A DNA stretch of 64,000 bases from an uncultured Alphaproteobacteria bacterium (lineage in GTDB: Bacteria; Electryoneota; RPQS01): NCBI GenBank assembly GCA_964530625.1, contig CAZHAK010000012.1, positions 8,654-72,653 on the forward strand, in the 5' to 3' direction. The notes under the pieces are model-generated. The model was not told where the DNA came from, searched no databases, and saw only the letters and a program-made list of their open reading frames with translations. Every line of letters starts with the position of its first letter. Position 1 is the first letter of the stretch. The position numbers and the translations under genes are program-made. Below are positions 62,051-64,000 of this stretch, piece by piece.

Positions 62051-62179
62051 CTCTATTCTTATTGCGTTCCGTCAAGCGGGATTACGCGAAGCAAGTTCCC
62101 GCCGGAACGTCAAGCAAAATCGAAAATCTCAAGCACACGCGTCAGCTCATCCAGTCCAGCGGCACGCTGGCGCTGGTGG

Positions 62180-62428
62180 TCAATCCTTCTTCATCTTGCG
62201 CAATTTACGCTCCAGCAGAAGCAGTACCTTTTGCGCGACCTTATTGGGGGTGGTGCGGCCGTTCTCCCAGCGGTTTACCGTGGCGAACGTCACACCGATT
62301 TCGTGCGCAAAATTCTCCTGAGTCATGTTTAGGTCTTCGCGCAGTTGTTTTATCCGTGCTCCGTCGAAATCGTCCGGGTGCGGGCGTGAGGAGCGAATCA
62401 TGTTACGGGCGATGGTCGTGGCGTCCAT
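62180..62428 (-). CDS. XRE-family helix-turn-helix transcriptional regulator (82 aa)
   Basis: 'LNMTQENFAHEIGVTFATVNRWENG' is a typical HTH_3 motif. GGAG lies 9 nt upstream of the ATG. Confidence 0.88.
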   Translation of the reverse strand: MDATTIARNMIRSSRPHPDDFDGARIKQLREDLNMTQENFAHEIGVTFATVNRWENGRTTPNKVAQKVLLLLERKLRKMKKD

Positions 62429-62458
62429 TATGGAAATCTCCGGTTAACTTGAGTAGTT

Positions 62459-62470
62459 GTGTTATAACAC
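62459..62470. promoter_or_regulatory. perfect 12-bp palindrome, candidate operator
   Basis: GTGTTATAACAC, about 30 nt upstream of the XRE gene start codon. Confidence 0.4.
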
Positions 62471-62627
62471 TTAGCAAGCCTTATGCCACAACGATTAGCT
62501 CCAATAATTTAGCGTCCTACTTCTTCTATATTGCCGCGAAGCAACTGTTTCTTACGTGTAAACGGGGGATAAGGAGTCGGCAAAAATAGCCCTGGGCAAG
62601 AAACTTTTGTTACCCACGGAGTGCCGC

Positions 62628-62656
62628 TTGACTTTCTCCCACCCCAAAGCTACCTT
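62628..62656 (+). promoter_or_regulatory. sigma70-like promoter candidate driving the long leader/baeRF-like gene
   Basis: TTGACT-N17-TACCTT, the same TTGACT-N17-TAnnTT pattern as the rpsL and tRNA promoter candidates. Confidence 0.35.
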
Positions 62657-62659
62657 ATC

Positions 62660-63045
62660 TATGTGATATCCCGACCCCAACCATTGTTTCTACCCCTCTT
62701 CCCATTTCGACCGGTCATCCGGGGGCAGAATCCAGGCTTCCTCGTAGCTGTCCACAGAATTGTGAGGGATAGGGGAGTTTACTACCCTGTTGCAGCCGCA
62801 CCCGCCGCGGTTGCCCCAACGCACCCATCACAGGGTCGAGCCTCCGGCTCGACAAACCACCGAGAATTATCTCACCCGGAACGAGTTCGCGGTCGCGCCT
62901 TCCGGGGCCTCCTCTCCCCCACTGTTTCAACTACTTCCTAAGTTGCGACAGGATAGCTGGCCTGTTCATTGAGTGGTAAGTCTCTTGATGACCAGTGATT
63001 ATGGGGAAATTAACGTGACTCAACCACAAAACACAAGGCAAAAAA
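62660..63045 (+). ncRNA. candidate structured non-coding leader/ncRNA (identity unknown)
   Basis: No credible ORF in any frame. The plus strand is strongly C-rich. Hairpins lie at 62711-62722, 62792-62814 (it needs a G:U pair that exists only on the plus strand), 62835-62853 and 62875-62906. Confidence 0.35.
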
Positions 63046-64000
63046 ATGATACAGAGGAAGACTCTACTCACGAAAGAATCATTGGCAGAGTTGGCCTCGG
63101 CAAACGAGCCGCCGTGTCTTTCGCTTTACCAGCCGACCCATCGGCACAGTCCCGCAAATCAGCAGGATGTAATACGCTTTCGCAATCTCGTCCGGGAGCT
63201 TGAGAAATCCCTCCGACAGAAGTACTCGGACCTCGAAACCCGAAATATTCTGGAGCCGCTTCAAGCCCTCACCCTCGAAACTGACTTTTGGAACCATACA
63301 CTGGACGGATTGGCCGTGCTAAGAGGGCCAAGTGTTTTTCACGTATACAGGCTTCAGCGACCAGTCCCCGAGCTAGCTATCGTTGCCGACAGTTTTCACA
63401 CCAAACCTTTGCGAAGGTTTTTGCAAACGGTCGGTCGCTTCCAGGTTCTGGGTTTGAGCCAAAGCGAGATCCAGCTTTTTGAGGGAAACCGCAACGACCT
63501 TGATGAGATTGAATTGGCACCAGGTGTTCCGAGGACATCCACTGAGGCCCTCGGTGAAACACTGAACAAGTCACATCTGACCGTCTCGTCTTATGGCGGA
63601 ATCGGCCAGGGGAGCACACCGATGCATCACGGCCACCGCGGAAGACAGGAAGCGGTCAAGGCCGATACGGAGAAGTTTTTTCGAGCCATCGATCGCGCGG
63701 TGCTTGAGCACCATTCCCGACCGTCCGGTCTGCCCTTGATCCTCGCGGCATTACCGGAGCATCATCATCTTTTCCAAAGTGTCAGCCATAACCAGTTTCT
63801 GTGGCCGGAGGGAATCGATATCAATCCGCTTGACCTGCCGATCGACGAATTTCGAGCACGAGCCTGGCAAGTCGTCGAGCCGCGATATCAGACACAACTA
63901 GTAGAACTTGCCGACGAGTTTGCCGTTGCGAAGTCTAAGGGGCTCGGCAGTGACGACATAGCGCAAGCAGCTCAGGCGGCCTCCGAGGGGCGTGTCGCGA
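63046..64000 (+). CDS. bacterial eRF1/Pelota-like (baeRF-type) protein, C-terminus beyond window
   Basis: My manual translation is open from the in-frame stop at 63016-63018 to the window end, starting MIQRKTLLTKESLAELASANEPPCLSLYQPTHRHSPANQQDVIRFRNLVRELEK. It is not in the ORF track because it has no stop. I assign the family from memory of the baeRF sequence pattern. Confidence 0.7.
   Translation, partial: MIQRKTLLTKESLAELASANEPPCLSLYQPTHRHSPANQQDVIRFRNLVRELEKSLRQKYSDLETRNILEPLQALTLETDFWNHTLDGLAVLRGPSVFHVYRLQRPVPELAIVADSFHTKPLRRFLQTVGRFQVLGLSQSEIQLFEGNRNDLDEIELAPGVPRTSTEALGETLNKSHLTVSSYGGIGQGSTPMHHGHRGRQEAVKADTEKFFRAIDRAVLEHHSRPSGLPLILAALPEHHHLFQSVSHNQFLWPEGIDINPLDLPIDEFRARAWQVVEPRYQTQLVELADEFAVAKSKGLGSDDIAQAAQAASEGRVA

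Noticed and set aside
62600-62990. Possible RNase P RNA, tmRNA, SRP RNA, cobalamin riboswitch or CsrB-like GGA-rich sponge
   Set aside because: The minus strand has short look-alikes of RNase P motifs (GGGAGAAAGTCAAG, GGTAGTAAACTCC), but in the wrong 5'-3' order, and the P4 3' strand is missing. There is no tRNA-like 3' end for a tmRNA, and no GGUG...GAA...UCC core plus B12 box. The GGA count is only modestly above my rough expectation from composition. I therefore left the identity as unknown.

Overview
Bacterial chromosomal window of mid-to-high GC. About half of it (5.7-38.8 kb, all on the minus strand) is one contiguous translation/transcription supercluster. In transcription order it runs: tRNA-Thr/Tyr/Gly/Thr, tuf, tRNA-Trp, secE, an inserted SAM methyltransferase, nusG, rplKAJL, rpoBC, rpsLG, fusA, the S10/spc/alpha ribosomal operons with secY-adk-map-infA-rpmJ, then rpoA-rplQ. 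Upstream of it on the same strand are purF, a CDP-alcohol phosphatidyltransferase and cysS. The flanks are accessory-like. On the left are a PLP-enzyme/DUF1611 operon and an AT-richer islet that encodes a beta-helix protein with a T9SS C-terminal sorting domain. On the right are: a four-gene operon (epimerase, 887-aa T9SS cargo, UMF1-type MFS, FN3-like protein); suhB; a degenerate histidine-kinase-like protein; a ClC channel; an orphan 1033-aa Rad50/SMC-like ATPase with a glycine-zipper membrane hairpin at its coiled-coil midpoint; an OMP beta-barrel plus an M4 metalloprotease T9SS cargo; and mutM-folC. The window ends in a low-density islet: a small helical protein, an XRE regulator with a palindromic operator candidate, a roughly 400-nt hairpin-rich C-rich leader, and an open-ended ORF missing from the ORF track that I recognise as a bacterial eRF1/Pelota-like (baeRF-type) protein. 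The three 'PNPFN' T9SS tails suggest an FCB-superphylum-like lineage, which is an inference. I saw no rRNA, CRISPR array, transposase or integrase. The strongest leads are the baeRF locus with its leader, the membrane-hairpin SMC-like ATPase, and the methyltransferase wedged between secE and nusG.
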